Origin: a virus
Taxonomy: Duplodnaviria > Caudoviricetes
Length of the DNA: 49,174 nucleotides
Strand: one strand, 5' to 3'
Virus record (IMG/VR): IMGVR_UViG_3300016665_000612
Location: 1-49,174 of that record
The number at the start of each line of letters is the position of its first letter. The first letter of the stretch is position 1. The notes under the pieces are model-generated. The model searched no databases. It was not told the DNA's origin and saw only the letters and a list, made by a program, of their open reading frames with translations. Positions 18,959 to 27,620 of this stretch are shown here, piece by piece. A program made the translations under genes and the position numbers.

Positions 18959-19187
18959 AAGCAGTAAACGGAGGATAGGAAGCAAAGTTGGGCACCTGAA
19001 AGCTTAAAGCTGAAAAAATCTAATAAATGTAGTGTAAAGTGTGTACAGTTTGGTCTGTGTTCGAAGTGCTAACAAAGAAATTATGCTAAACTAATAAATT
19101 AGTGAGTTCGGAAATGGAACCGATAATAATATAAAATTATCTGGTGCGTTGTCGAACCACGGTCCTGAGTAAGACTAAAAACTGCTC
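18959..19187 (+). ncRNA. structured ncRNA, copy 1 of a motif repeated at 39193..39387
   Basis: Terminal pairing AGCAGT/ACTGCT; AATGGAAyCG, CTGrTGCGTTG and GGTCCTGAGyAAGACT shared with copy 2. Confidence 0.55.
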
Positions 19188-19193
19188 ATTCTC

Positions 19194-19297
19194 GATTGTG
19201 CTCATGTATGCTCCTAGCATGAGACACTTGGAAACACTGACGTTGTGTTATTCATCACACAATCCAGTAGACACAGGTTCGACTCCTGTGACAATCA
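19194..19297 (+). ncRNA. tRNA-like RNA (acceptor + T-arm, non-canonical interior)
   Basis: GATTGT/ACAATC-A; ACAGG-TTCGACT-CCTGT; two internal hairpins. Confidence 0.45.
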
Positions 19298-19301
19298 CTA
19301 T

Positions 19302-19424
19302 CCCGTTGTGGTCGAAGGTAAGACGCTCTGCGGAATCACGTTGAAGTACAAGGCGTGAGGAAGATCAAAAGTAGCTACTTTGATAAAATGAGAGAACTAG
19401 GTTCAATTCCTGGCAACGGGGCCA
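19302..19424 (+). ncRNA. tRNA-like RNA with a 61-nt structured anticodon-loop insert
   Basis: CCCGTTG/CAACGGG-G-CCA, D-arm, CTCT/AGAG stem, T-arm CTAGG-TTCAATT-CCTGG. Confidence 0.65.
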
Positions 19425-19528
19425 AGCGTATCTGGTTTAGGACTAAGTAAAAAGAAGAGCCTCTGCTCAGACGGAGGGCGTGTGGCCACACGCGAAACAG
19501 AGTTCTGACTCCTTCTTACCAGATACTC

Positions 19529-19617
19529 ACCTCGTCAGTTTTGCAGAAAAACAGCTTTAGAGCCTTGAGTTTCAACTCGGCTCGGAGAAGTCCTGGGTGC
19601 AACTCCCAGCCGAGGTT
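19529..19617 (+). ncRNA. tRNA-like RNA, degenerate
   Basis: ACCTCG/CGAGGT; T-arm CTGGG-TGCAACT-CCCAG; extended central hairpin. Confidence 0.4.
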
Positions 19618-19625
19618 TCTTTTTT

Positions 19626-19916
19626 ATGAAATCAGTAATTGAAGCAATAGAAGTGTTCTATAAAATCCTTGATGGAGGTCCGGTCCTTTGTGGCCGTTGT
19701 ATCGCCGCTTGGAGGCCATCATGCTCTTTTTGTCCTGCTTGTGGGAATTACTTGACAGGCGAACAGAACACTGTGAGAGCCAGAGAAGTCTATAAGCTGC
19801 AAAGGAAAGATGATGCTCCACCAGTCGGTTCATCTTTTTGGCTGGACTATCTCCAAAAAAATGATATAGATGTTGAAGTGAAGCCAGAGAACAATTCCAC
19901 GTTAAGTGGAACATAA
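19626..19916 (+). CDS. zinc-ribbon protein
   Basis: CGRC...CPACG. Confidence 0.6.
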   Translation: MKSVIEAIEVFYKILDGGPVLCGRCIAAWRPSCSFCPACGNYLTGEQNTVRAREVYKLQRKDDAPPVGSSFWLDYLQKNDIDVEVKPENNSTLSGT

Positions 19917-19932
19917 CCAGGGAGGAGGGGGG

Positions 19933-20163
19933 ATGAAGGCAAAGTACAATCTGTTCTTTACAGAAGAGACTGATGTAGGGTTTATTAACCCTGACACCAT
20001 GCGCAAGGAATGGTATCAGTGTTATTACCCCAAGGGTTCTACATTACCAGTTGCAGACATTGCTTCTGGCAATGAAAGAAACATCTTCGCAATCTGCACA
20101 GATGGTGTTATTGTTGTTGCTCAGGCAAACACAGTTCGGATTACGCATCTAAATCAAAAGTGA
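19933..20163 (+). CDS. hypothetical protein
   Basis: GGAGG RBS then ATG at 19933. Confidence 0.6.
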   Translation: MKAKYNLFFTEETDVGFINPDTMRKEWYQCYYPKGSTLPVADIASGNERNIFAICTDGVIVVAQANTVRITHLNQK

Positions 20164-20164
20164 T

Positions 20165-20530
20165 ATGAACATGGAAACAGATTTCTCATTGGAACCCGTT
20201 GAGTTTTTTCTTCGCAAAGATTTAAATCCTTTGCAGAAAAAATCATTTGAATTGAGCTCGGAAGAACTCAAAGGCTCTTTGCTCAATCTCAAATCTGGAG
20301 TCAACGTCTATAAGTTCAATGGATACAAAAATGGAGAGATCTCTTCTGATAACAGAGAAACCTATTTCTATCCAGGGTATTATCTGATTGTCGATTTCAT
20401 TCCTGTTACTATAAAAACATGGCCCTCAAAAAGCAAAAAAGATTTTGCTTACATCCTGTTGTTTGGTAACGGTCTTTATCTGCTAGATCAGACCCAGGCC
20501 CTAAAAGCCGTTCAAAATCCGTCAAAATGA
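20165..20530 (+). CDS. hypothetical protein (paralog of the next gene)
   Basis: P..YL....PVT...FAY.lL....Y..D shared with 20527..20880. Confidence 0.6.
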   Translation: MNMETDFSLEPVEFFLRKDLNPLQKKSFELSSEELKGSLLNLKSGVNVYKFNGYKNGEISSDNRETYFYPGYYLIVDFIPVTIKTWPSKSKKDFAYILLFGNGLYLLDQTQALKAVQNPSK

Positions 20531-20880
20531 CTTTCATCTTACCGCCACCCCACACAGTTCCACCAAGATTTCTATTTCTCACCAGAACACCAACCACCGA
20601 GGAGTGGAAAAAGGTAATATCCGACACAAACTACTCCAAAGGAGTTTTGGTTGAGTTTAAATCACCAATCTATGGTTTTAAGCTTAAAAATAAAATAACA
20701 GATTATTTACCAACAGAAGACATTGGCACTCTTCTTGTGCCAAATCACTATTTGGCTGCTAGCCTCTTACCAGTAACGACTGTAGACATGGTAACAGGAA
20801 AAACCACTTCCACTTTTGCATACACCATTTTGGCAAATAGCCAAGTCTATGTGGTTGATCTGCCTCAAGTTTATACTTGA
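20527..20880 (+). CDS. hypothetical protein (paralog of the previous gene)
   Basis: ATGA overlap; shared C-terminal motif. Confidence 0.6.
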   Translation: MTFILPPPHTVPPRFLFLTRTPTTEEWKKVISDTNYSKGVLVEFKSPIYGFKLKNKITDYLPTEDIGTLLVPNHYLAASLLPVTTVDMVTGKTTSTFAYTILANSQVYVVDLPQVYT

Positions 20881-20927
20881 TTGAAATACGGTTGATTTTT
20901 TGCGGATATGGTATATACTCTCACTCT

Positions 20928-22007
20928 ATGAGTGATTGGCTAGTACATCTAATTCAAGTTGGCCCAATGGGGAAGCATCCAAATGCTGACTCTCTTTCCA
21001 TTACCCAGGTTTACGGGCAGAACATTGTTTGCCGCACAGATTCCTTTAAGGAAGGGGATCTTGCGGTTTTCATCCCACCTGATTCTGTCATGCCAGCAGA
21101 CAAAGATCATGTGATCTATAAAGACAATCCTGGTTTGAAGTTGGGACAGTGCATTGATGCTGTTCGGCTTCGTGGTATTTTTTCCAATGGTTTCATGGTT
21201 CCTGCTTCTGTGTTTTTTACAGAAGCAGAACTGAAAGACATTCCAATTGGGACACACGTTGCTGAACGAATTGGCATTACCAAGTATCAGGATAATGGCG
21301 ACCTTCTTTCCACTCGTGGAGATAATGAGCGCGATCCTGGTTACATGCCAACATACACGGACATTGAAGGTTGGCCCAAGAATCGCTTCTACATTCAAGA
21401 AGGTGAACAAGTAGTTCTGACTGAGAAGATTCATGGAGCCAATGCTCGATTCTGTTATCGTGATGATCGCCTGTGGGTTGGTTCCAGAACAGGAATCAAG
21501 GCGCAAGGTATTCGTGCTGATGGCACAGAAACAAACATGTGGTGGAGTGTTGCAAAAAACATAAACCTTGCAGACAAGTTTAAACAGCTTCAACTTCAAC
21601 CAACAGTTGATGGCGTTCCAACTTGGGATCTGGCTCTTTACGGTGAGGTATACGGTCAGGTTCAGGATCTCAAGTATGGTGTTTCCAGTGGTGCTCAATT
21701 CCGTCTGTTTGATGTTTACAGCCCCTCTCTGGGCCGTTATGTCGATTGGGATGTGGTTGTGAGGGTTGCAGCCATCATGGGTTTGGACATCGTTCCTGAG
21801 CTCTACAGAGGCCCCTGGAAGGCAGAACTTGAGGGGATGAGGAACGGACCTTCCATGCTCTATCCAGGTCACACAAGAGAGGGTTTTGTGATCAAGCCTG
21901 TGATCGAACAAGAAGTGCTGTACAACCCCGAGAAACGTTCTTCTTTTTACGGTCGAACAATTTTCAAAATGATCGGGGAAGACTACAAACTTCGCAAACG
22001 TAAATGA
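20928..22007 (+). CDS. RNA ligase, DRB0094/Rnl5 family
   Basis: N-terminal OB-like HPNADSL...LRGIFS.G; TEKIHGAN, YGEVYG, FRLFDV, REGFVIK, IFKMI. Confidence 0.85.
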   Translation: MSDWLVHLIQVGPMGKHPNADSLSITQVYGQNIVCRTDSFKEGDLAVFIPPDSVMPADKDHVIYKDNPGLKLGQCIDAVRLRGIFSNGFMVPASVFFTEAELKDIPIGTHVAERIGITKYQDNGDLLSTRGDNERDPGYMPTYTDIEGWPKNRFYIQEGEQVVLTEKIHGANARFCYRDDRLWVGSRTGIKAQGIRADGTETNMWWSVAKNINLADKFKQLQLQPTVDGVPTWDLALYGEVYGQVQDLKYGVSSGAQFRLFDVYSPSLGRYVDWDVVVRVAAIMGLDIVPELYRGPWKAELEGMRNGPSMLYPGHTREGFVIKPVIEQEVLYNPEKRSSFYGRTIFKMIGEDYKLRKRK

Positions 22008-22034
22008 CAGGATCACCACTATCTAAGTAAGTGA

Positions 22035-22742
22035 GTGAAGATGTTTGATTGTGAAGGACTGAAGAAATCTCAAAATAGAGTTGGAGTTTACTGCATATTC
22101 AACACCAATAATGGTAGGCGATATGTTGGCAGCTCCAACAATCTTTGGCGTCGATTCACAGAACATCGTAGACATCTGAAAAAAGGCATTCACAGCAATC
22201 GTTTTTTGCAGAACGACCATGCTAAATCTGGCCCTGATGTCTTTATCTTCTTTATTATCCAAGAATGTTCAAAAGAAACTCGAATTGCCCAGGAGCAAAA
22301 GTGGTTAAATTCTGTATGGGATAATAAACAACTCTGTTACAACTTGGACTCTACTGCTGGAGCTCGTACTGGATGGATGCCATCAGAGGAGACTAAAGAG
22401 CGAATGAGTGCTGCGAAAAAAGGCAAACCTACTGGTCCATGTTCGGATACTCGCAGAGAAGCTATTCGGGAAGCAAAGCTTGGAAAATCGCATTTATTTA
22501 GTGTTGGTGGCAAACAGAAAATGGTGGAATCCAAGCAAAAGACCTATGATGTTCAATTGCTAGCGCCATCTGGTGTAGTGTATGGGCCGATTGTAAATCT
22601 TCATGCTTTCTGCCGAGAGCAAAGACTTGATAGGGCTAGTGTTCTTAGAGTAATCAAAGGGGTCCAAGGTCATGTAAATGGGTGGAGACTCATCTCTGAC
22701 AAATATGTTGGCGAGGATTACAAAACCAGAAAGAAAAAGTAA
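22035..22742 (+). CDS. GIY-YIG homing endonuclease (Seg-like, NUMOD3-type tail)
   Basis: GVYCIFN...YVGSS...RRF.EH; SEETKERMS repeat-like segment; HTH-like C-terminus. Confidence 0.9.
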   Translation: MKMFDCEGLKKSQNRVGVYCIFNTNNGRRYVGSSNNLWRRFTEHRRHLKKGIHSNRFLQNDHAKSGPDVFIFFIIQECSKETRIAQEQKWLNSVWDNKQLCYNLDSTAGARTGWMPSEETKERMSAAKKGKPTGPCSDTRREAIREAKLGKSHLFSVGGKQKMVESKQKTYDVQLLAPSGVVYGPIVNLHAFCREQRLDRASVLRVIKGVQGHVNGWRLISDKYVGEDYKTRKKK

Positions 22743-22746
22743 GGGA

Positions 22747-22974
22747 ATGTTGGGACAGATTCTTTGGAGACAAGTTGCCTACAAAAAACATCCCAAACTT
22801 CAACAAGGCGCTGTTGTGTTTGTCATTAAACTCACCGAAACCTTCAGTGATGTTCTTTACAATCACAGAATCTACAAAATTCCCACCCACTCATTCAAGG
22901 TTGTTGAAACAGAAAATGACCTTGAACCCCTAGAAACACTCAGAAAACAATTTCACAATAAAAGGCAAGAGTAG
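22747..22974 (+). CDS. hypothetical protein
   Basis: ATG at 22747 after AAGGGA. Confidence 0.5.
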   Translation: MLGQILWRQVAYKKHPKLQQGAVVFVIKLTETFSDVLYNHRIYKIPTHSFKVVETENDLEPLETLRKQFHNKRQE

Positions 22975-22999
22975 ATTCGGTTGAAGCATAACTAAGAGT

Positions 23000-23203
23000 A
23001 TGACAAACCTACTACTCAAACTAAAAGCCCTTTTTGAAACCATCAAAGCCTTTGTCTTGTCTTTGGTTGAAAAACTCAAGGCATTGGTTGCCAAAGCAAA
23101 ACTTTCTCTTGCTCCATTGAAAGAGTGGGTTCAAGATAACAAGTTTGTTGCTGGTTGCTTGGTTCTTGCTCTTGTTGCTGTTGTCTTGGTTCTGCTAGGA
23201 TGA
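23000..23203 (+). CDS. small membrane protein
   Basis: Amphipathic helix plus C-terminal TM segment. Confidence 0.6.
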   Translation: MTNLLLKLKALFETIKAFVLSLVEKLKALVAKAKLSLAPLKEWVQDNKFVAGCLVLALVAVVLVLLG

Positions 23204-23373
23204 CTCAGCAATGGATGAGTTCATGAAGACAATATCTTTTTTGTCTTTAACGCTCACTTTTCTTTTGCTCATAGCCCTTTCTCTTCTCGGTATTGCCGAA
23301 CTTCTAATATGGCTTTTTTCATAGGCTCACAAACCAGTAACATGTAACCCACCACATGTTACACTAGAAGTCT

Positions 23374-23643
23374 ATGACGGAAAAAGACCTCAATGCATTT
23401 GCGGTATTAACTGCTGGAGTTGCAGCAATACCATTGCATACCCAATCACTGATTGAACTAGCTCGTCCTTATGCTCATTCAGAGCCCTTCAAAAAAGCTC
23501 TGAAAGACTTAGAAGCAGCATTCAATGCTTCAAGCGACCTAGAAGACATGTTGAAGTTTTTAAAAGAAGACAACAGAGAACTTTATAGAGCTCTTCTTTG
23601 GAACATGGAAAGATTCAACAAGAAAGAATGCGACCATGTTTAA
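23374..23643 (+). CDS. hypothetical protein
   Basis: 89 aa ORF overlapping the next start. Confidence 0.6.
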   Translation: MTEKDLNAFAVLTAGVAAIPLHTQSLIELARPYAHSEPFKKALKDLEAAFNASSDLEDMLKFLKEDNRELYRALLWNMERFNKKECDHV

Positions 23644-24496
23644 ATTGTGTTGGTGTACCGACATTCACTTGGATCATTTAACAGATTTTACCAGGACAGA
23701 TAAAGGTTTTTATACAGGAGATCGACATATCTCCAAGAGAAAAGTTGAGAGTTTTTGTCAAGCCGTGAATGCAATGAACAGTGATGCTCTGGTGATAACA
23801 GGAGATATCACTGAGGCACCCTTGCTAAAGACTCATCTTGAATGGCTTGAGGAGTTCATCCCAGCTATTCCAATCTACTTTGTTCTTGGAAATCACGATT
23901 ACTGTAAAGGGTCTATTTCTTCTGTTAGAAAATGGCTTGAAACCTGGCATGGAAAGTCAGGTCGTGTTCATTGGCTAAACAAAGCAGGAGTGGTTCGTTT
24001 GACAGAAAAAACCGCTTTAATTGGTCATGACGGATGGCATGATGGAGGTTACGGAAATTGGTTTGAAGGGCATGTTGGGATGCCGGAGTATCGTCAAGTC
24101 GATGAGTTTCTAGGGCTATCTCCCACAGGAATCCATGGTTTTCTGCAAGAACTTTCTTTACAGAACGCCGATCATATTTTAAAGCATGGAACAATTGGCG
24201 CACAGCAGTATGAAAACCTGCTCATTGCAACTCATGTCCCGGTTTTTATGGAAAATGCAAGAAATCCTCAAGGAAAACTTAGCGACAATTTCTGGCTACC
24301 CTGCTTCAGTTCCAAACATGCCGGTGATGCTTTGTTGAAGTTGGCAAAGCAGTTCCCCAACACCAACTTCACATGTCTATCTGGGCACACACACACGGAA
24401 TGGGAACAAAAGTACAGAAAAAACCTTGTAGAGTTAACAGGATATTCAAAGTATGGTACTCCTGAACTATCAATTCGACTTCTTGACATCATCTGA
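23636..24496 (+). CDS. calcineurin-like metallophosphoesterase
   Basis: TDIH, TGDI, LGNHD, THVP, SGHTH. Confidence 0.9.
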   Translation: MFKLCWCTDIHLDHLTDFTRTDKGFYTGDRHISKRKVESFCQAVNAMNSDALVITGDITEAPLLKTHLEWLEEFIPAIPIYFVLGNHDYCKGSISSVRKWLETWHGKSGRVHWLNKAGVVRLTEKTALIGHDGWHDGGYGNWFEGHVGMPEYRQVDEFLGLSPTGIHGFLQELSLQNADHILKHGTIGAQQYENLLIATHVPVFMENARNPQGKLSDNFWLPCFSSKHAGDALLKLAKQFPNTNFTCLSGHTHTEWEQKYRKNLVELTGYSKYGTPELSIRLLDII

Positions 24497-24513
24497 GACA
24501 CAAAGAAAACATT

Positions 24514-24714
24514 ATGAACGAAACATCTATCATCGAAGCACTCTCCTCTTTCAAAGAGAAATACAACCTTCCAGACATCACAGCAGTTGATGCGGACGTT
24601 GATAACTCGACCATTCATGTGCATACCGCAAATGCCAAAATCTGGGTTGACCTTCCTGAGTTTCATGAAGGCTACTATGTGAAAATGAATGTTCATCGTC
24701 GCAACAGGAAATGA
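24514..24714 (+). CDS. hypothetical protein
   Basis: 66 aa ORF within the operon. Confidence 0.55.
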   Translation: MNETSIIEALSSFKEKYNLPDITAVDADVDNSTIHVHTANAKIWVDLPEFHEGYYVKMNVHRRNRK

Positions 24715-24717
24715 TTC

Positions 24718-24954
24718 ATGAAAAAAAATAGCAACCTGAGACTGATCAGGTTTAAACAAAAAGCAGGCGAAGAAGAAACAGTGCATTTTGGTCTGTTTAG
24801 AGTTTTTTACAAAAACTCAGGAGCAGTTGATTTTTATCACCCTGCTCCTCTGCATACAGAAAAATTCTACGACCTTAATGAGCTTCAAGAAGAGATACTA
24901 GAATGCCTTAAAGCATTTAAACGCCCAATCCTTAAATCGGAAGACTTCAAATAA
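24718..24954 (+). CDS. hypothetical protein
   Basis: 78 aa ORF; TAATG coupling. Confidence 0.6.
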   Translation: MKKNSNLRLIRFKQKAGEEETVHFGLFRVFYKNSGAVDFYHPAPLHTEKFYDLNELQEEILECLKAFKRPILKSEDFK

Positions 24955-25163
24955 TGAACTTCAAACTATTGAAGTTGATAAAGAAAAACTTAGAAAAAAA
25001 AGATAGTGACGATTGTGAACGACAGCCTTATTGGCTATCGTTAGCTCTTGCTATCTTACCGGCAGTTCTGCCTGTGTTAATTGATAAAATTGGTGAATTC
25101 CTCATGCGATTCTTCTTTAGAGAAGAGGAAGAGGAAGAGGAGGAGGAGAAAGAAGAAGAATGA
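24954..25163 (+). CDS. small membrane protein with poly-Glu tail
   Basis: Hydrophobic segment then an E-rich C-terminus. Confidence 0.6.
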   Translation: MNFKLLKLIKKNLEKKDSDDCERQPYWLSLALAILPAVLPVLIDKIGEFLMRFFFREEEEEEEEEKEEE

Positions 25164-25807
25164 AAACGACAAACTATTTTGATCCCCAAAGAAAAGGTGG
25201 CTCCATTCAAACTCAGTCAGGAGTCATCTTCTACCCCCTTGATCCTCTTCTTGAGGATATAGTTTTGGAGGATGTTGCGCACGCACTTTCTAACAAGTGC
25301 CGCTTCACTGGTCACACCAGGAGTTTCTACAGCAGCGGAGAACACGCTGTTCGGGTTGCTTTGGACATTGCCAATGTTGGCGGTGATTACCTTGACCAAC
25401 TTGGTGGTTTGCACCATGACGACACTGATTCTTATTTGCCTGATGTGCCTACTCCGTTGAAAGTTTTGCCAGAGTTTGCATGGTTTAGAGATCTAGAACA
25501 CTACATGCAAGATCTATGCTTTCTAAAGTTCAACTGCATAGACATAAACCATTCATTGATCAAAAGGTCTGACATCAGAATGCTTTTAACAGAAAAAAGA
25601 GATCTGATGCCAGAAAAGAATAGCAACTGGAATCACTCTTACACAGAAGAAGCCGTCCCACACCCTTACAAGATAAAACCGCTTAAACCAAAAGAAGCAG
25701 AAGCGTTTTATCTTGAGTTGCATCATGCTCTGACATGTGCTATAAACGGAGACGACGAGCACTACAAAGCATTCAAAAATGTCTTTATACAAAACCACTC
25801 AACCTGA
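25160..25807 (+). CDS. HD-superfamily hydrolase (YfdR-like 5'-deoxynucleotidase)
   Basis: EDVAHALS..CRF.GH...FYS..EH, LHHD...YLPDVPTPLK, TEKRDL. Confidence 0.8.
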   Translation: MKTTNYFDPQRKGGSIQTQSGVIFYPLDPLLEDIVLEDVAHALSNKCRFTGHTRSFYSSGEHAVRVALDIANVGGDYLDQLGGLHHDDTDSYLPDVPTPLKVLPEFAWFRDLEHYMQDLCFLKFNCIDINHSLIKRSDIRMLLTEKRDLMPEKNSNWNHSYTEEAVPHPYKIKPLKPKEAEAFYLELHHALTCAINGDDEHYKAFKNVFIQNHST

Positions 25808-26084
25808 CATTCTTGCGATTAGATTATCTGAAAAAAGAGTCAACGAAAAATATCGTCCAAAGTGGAAAATACTGCATCAACCTGCGACAAAAATTGCAAT
25901 CAAAGCAAGTTTGCCGTTAAACACAGTGGGTTTGTATATTGGTGAAACCAAAGGCCACCTGATTGGCTCAAAAATTTTACATGATTTTGTTTTGTTGCTT
26001 GTGGGACCAACTCTGTGGTATGTTCCTACACAGTACACAAAGCTAATAACAGAAGAAGAAATCAAAAATGCCATCCAACCTTGA
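25779..26084 (+). CDS. hypothetical protein
   Basis: 101 aa ORF overlapping both neighbours. Confidence 0.55.
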   Translation: MSLYKTTQPDILAIRLSEKRVNEKYRPKWKILHQPATKIAIKASLPLNTVGLYIGETKGHLIGSKILHDFVLLLVGPTLWYVPTQYTKLITEEEIKNAIQP

Positions 26085-26625
26085 CCATCTTGTCATCATT
26101 GATCTTGAAGCCACTTGTGATAATCCTCGCCCTGCATGGCAGAGTGAGATCATCGAAATCGGTGTTTGTCTTTTGGATCTAAGGAACCTTGTTTTAAGTG
26201 AGAATCGAGGTATCCTTGTCAAGCCCCAAAACACACCGATCACAAGGTTTTGCACAGATCTGACAACGATCACACCAGAAATGGTGGCCGCAGACGGAAT
26301 CTCTTTACAATCTGCACTAGAAGTGCTAAAAAGAGATTACAAGATCGACCAAAGAGTTTGGGCTTCTTGGGGTGACTATGACAGAAACCAGATTTTCCGC
26401 GAATGCAATGCGAAAGGAATCAGGTTTCCTGGTGATCGAAGCCCTCATTTGAACCTCAAGCAACTTATTGCCATTGAGTATGGGTGGAAGCATGGAGAAG
26501 GCATGGATTCCGTTTTGGATCGCCTGAGAATCAACCTCGAAGGCACTCATCATCGTGGCGTAGATGATGCCCGCAACATTGCCAGGATCTATGCTGCGCA
26601 TCTAAGAAAAGTGCGCAGCAGTTGA
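26068..26625 (+). CDS. DEDDh 3'-5' exonuclease (ERI1/KapD-like)
   Basis: IIDLEATC, EIIEIG, WGDYD, HHRGVDDA. Confidence 0.9.
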   Translation: MPSNLDHLVIIDLEATCDNPRPAWQSEIIEIGVCLLDLRNLVLSENRGILVKPQNTPITRFCTDLTTITPEMVAADGISLQSALEVLKRDYKIDQRVWASWGDYDRNQIFRECNAKGIRFPGDRSPHLNLKQLIAIEYGWKHGEGMDSVLDRLRINLEGTHHRGVDDARNIARIYAAHLRKVRSS

Positions 26626-26801
26626 CAAAGCCTCCGAAGAGTGTTAGAGTAATTTCAGTCAGAAAAAACTCGTCATCTGAAGAAAAACGGTAACTGGCTA
26701 ATACTTAAAAAAACACTTGGCACCAACACTATTGTGTTGACAACAAGAAGAAACTGTAGTAAAGTAAAGAAATCGAGTGGACACTCGTTAAACGCTCAAC
26801 T

Positions 26802-26874
26802 GCTCCCGTAGCATAACTGGAAATGCGCCTCTCTTGTAAAGAGGATTATGGAGGTTCAAAGCCTCTCGGTAGCT
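26802..26874 (+). tRNA. tRNA-Thr(TGT)
   Basis: CCTCT-CTTGTAA-AGAGG; cloverleaf. Confidence 0.8.
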
Positions 26875-26900
26875 CTCCTTCGGTTCTTAAAAGAACCAAC

Positions 26901-26943
26901 GGTCTTTGACAACTTAATTTTCGCCCTCATGAAGAGTGAGGGC
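26901..26943 (+). promoter_or_regulatory. boxA + boxB-like antitermination site (copy 1)
   Basis: GGTCTTTGACAACT followed by GCCCTCAT-GAAGA-GTGAGGGC; repeated at 45795. Confidence 0.6.
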
Positions 26944-26947
26944 ACAT

Positions 26948-27021
26948 GCATTCATGGTGTAGTGTAGCACGTCCTGCGGATATGCAGGAAGGTCTATGGT
27001 CGAAACGTAGTGGATGCACCA
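26948..27021 (+). tRNA. atypical tRNA (Ile GAT-like, non-canonical anticodon and T loops)
   Basis: GCATTCA/TGGATGC-A-CCA; TCCTGC-GGATAT-GCAGGA. Confidence 0.45.
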
Positions 27022-27213
27022 AGCTCGATAAGCTCAATTAACAACTGATGCCTAATCCCTGCCGTCATAACGTGGGGAACGACAAAAGTTTGTTTGGCTT
27101 AAAGAGTTTCCTGATGGTTGCTGGTTACTATCCCGGCTTCTCAACTTGTAATAAATGCGATAGTATGTGTGGTTCAGGTTGAATACCAAGCAAAGTACAA
27201 AAAGCTTTGCAAT

Positions 27214-27288
27214 GCGTTTCTAGTGTATTGGAAACACGCCGCTAAAGATATTGCGGAGATCCTTGCTCGGAACAAGGGAAACGCACCA
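27214..27288 (+). tRNA. atypical tRNA (anticodon uncertain)
   Basis: GCGTTTC/GAAACGC-A-CCA; D-arm; CCGC-TAAAGATATT-GCGG; T-loop CTCGGAA. Confidence 0.45.
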
Positions 27289-27437
27289 TGGAAGATCAAT
27301 GTGGAAACATTGGCGTTCAAAACTCACGAATTGAATTACTGGTAGGGTGGCGAATTGACGCTAGGCAGGTTTGAGTTCAATTAACTTCCTGAAAGCAGTT
27401 GACAACCATCGAGAGATGATGTATAACTAAAACATAA

Positions 27438-27524
27438 CAGAGAGTAGGCTAGGTTGGTTTCCGCAAGGATAGAGTCACTCGGTTTGGAGCCGAGACGACG
27501 TGGGTTCAAATCCCACCTCTCTGA
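27438..27524 (+). tRNA. tRNA-Pro(TGG) with a hairpin inserted in the D-loop
   Basis: CTCGG-TTTGGAG-CCGAG; extra TCC-GCAA-GGA in the D-loop. Confidence 0.75.
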
Positions 27525-27529
27525 TTCAT

Positions 27530-27612
27530 GGAGCAGATGTTCTCTGGGAAGAACAGTAGTCTGTAAAACTACGGGCCTTTGGGCCGTGTGGGTTCGACTC
27601 CCACCTGCTCCA
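27530..27612 (+). tRNA. tRNA-Tyr(GTA)
   Basis: GTAGT-CTGTAAA-ACTAC; long variable arm. Confidence 0.85.
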
Positions 27613-27620
27613 CCGGGTTG

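Noticed and set aside
19428-19526. Hammerhead ribozyme (stem followed by CGAAAC)
   Set aside because: The required CUGAnGA core is absent (CAGACGGA instead).
20949-22019. Long antisense ORFs (356 aa here; also 10190..10996, 9239..9886, 4930..5370)
   Set aside because: They are shadows of well-supported genes on the other strand, with no motifs of their own.
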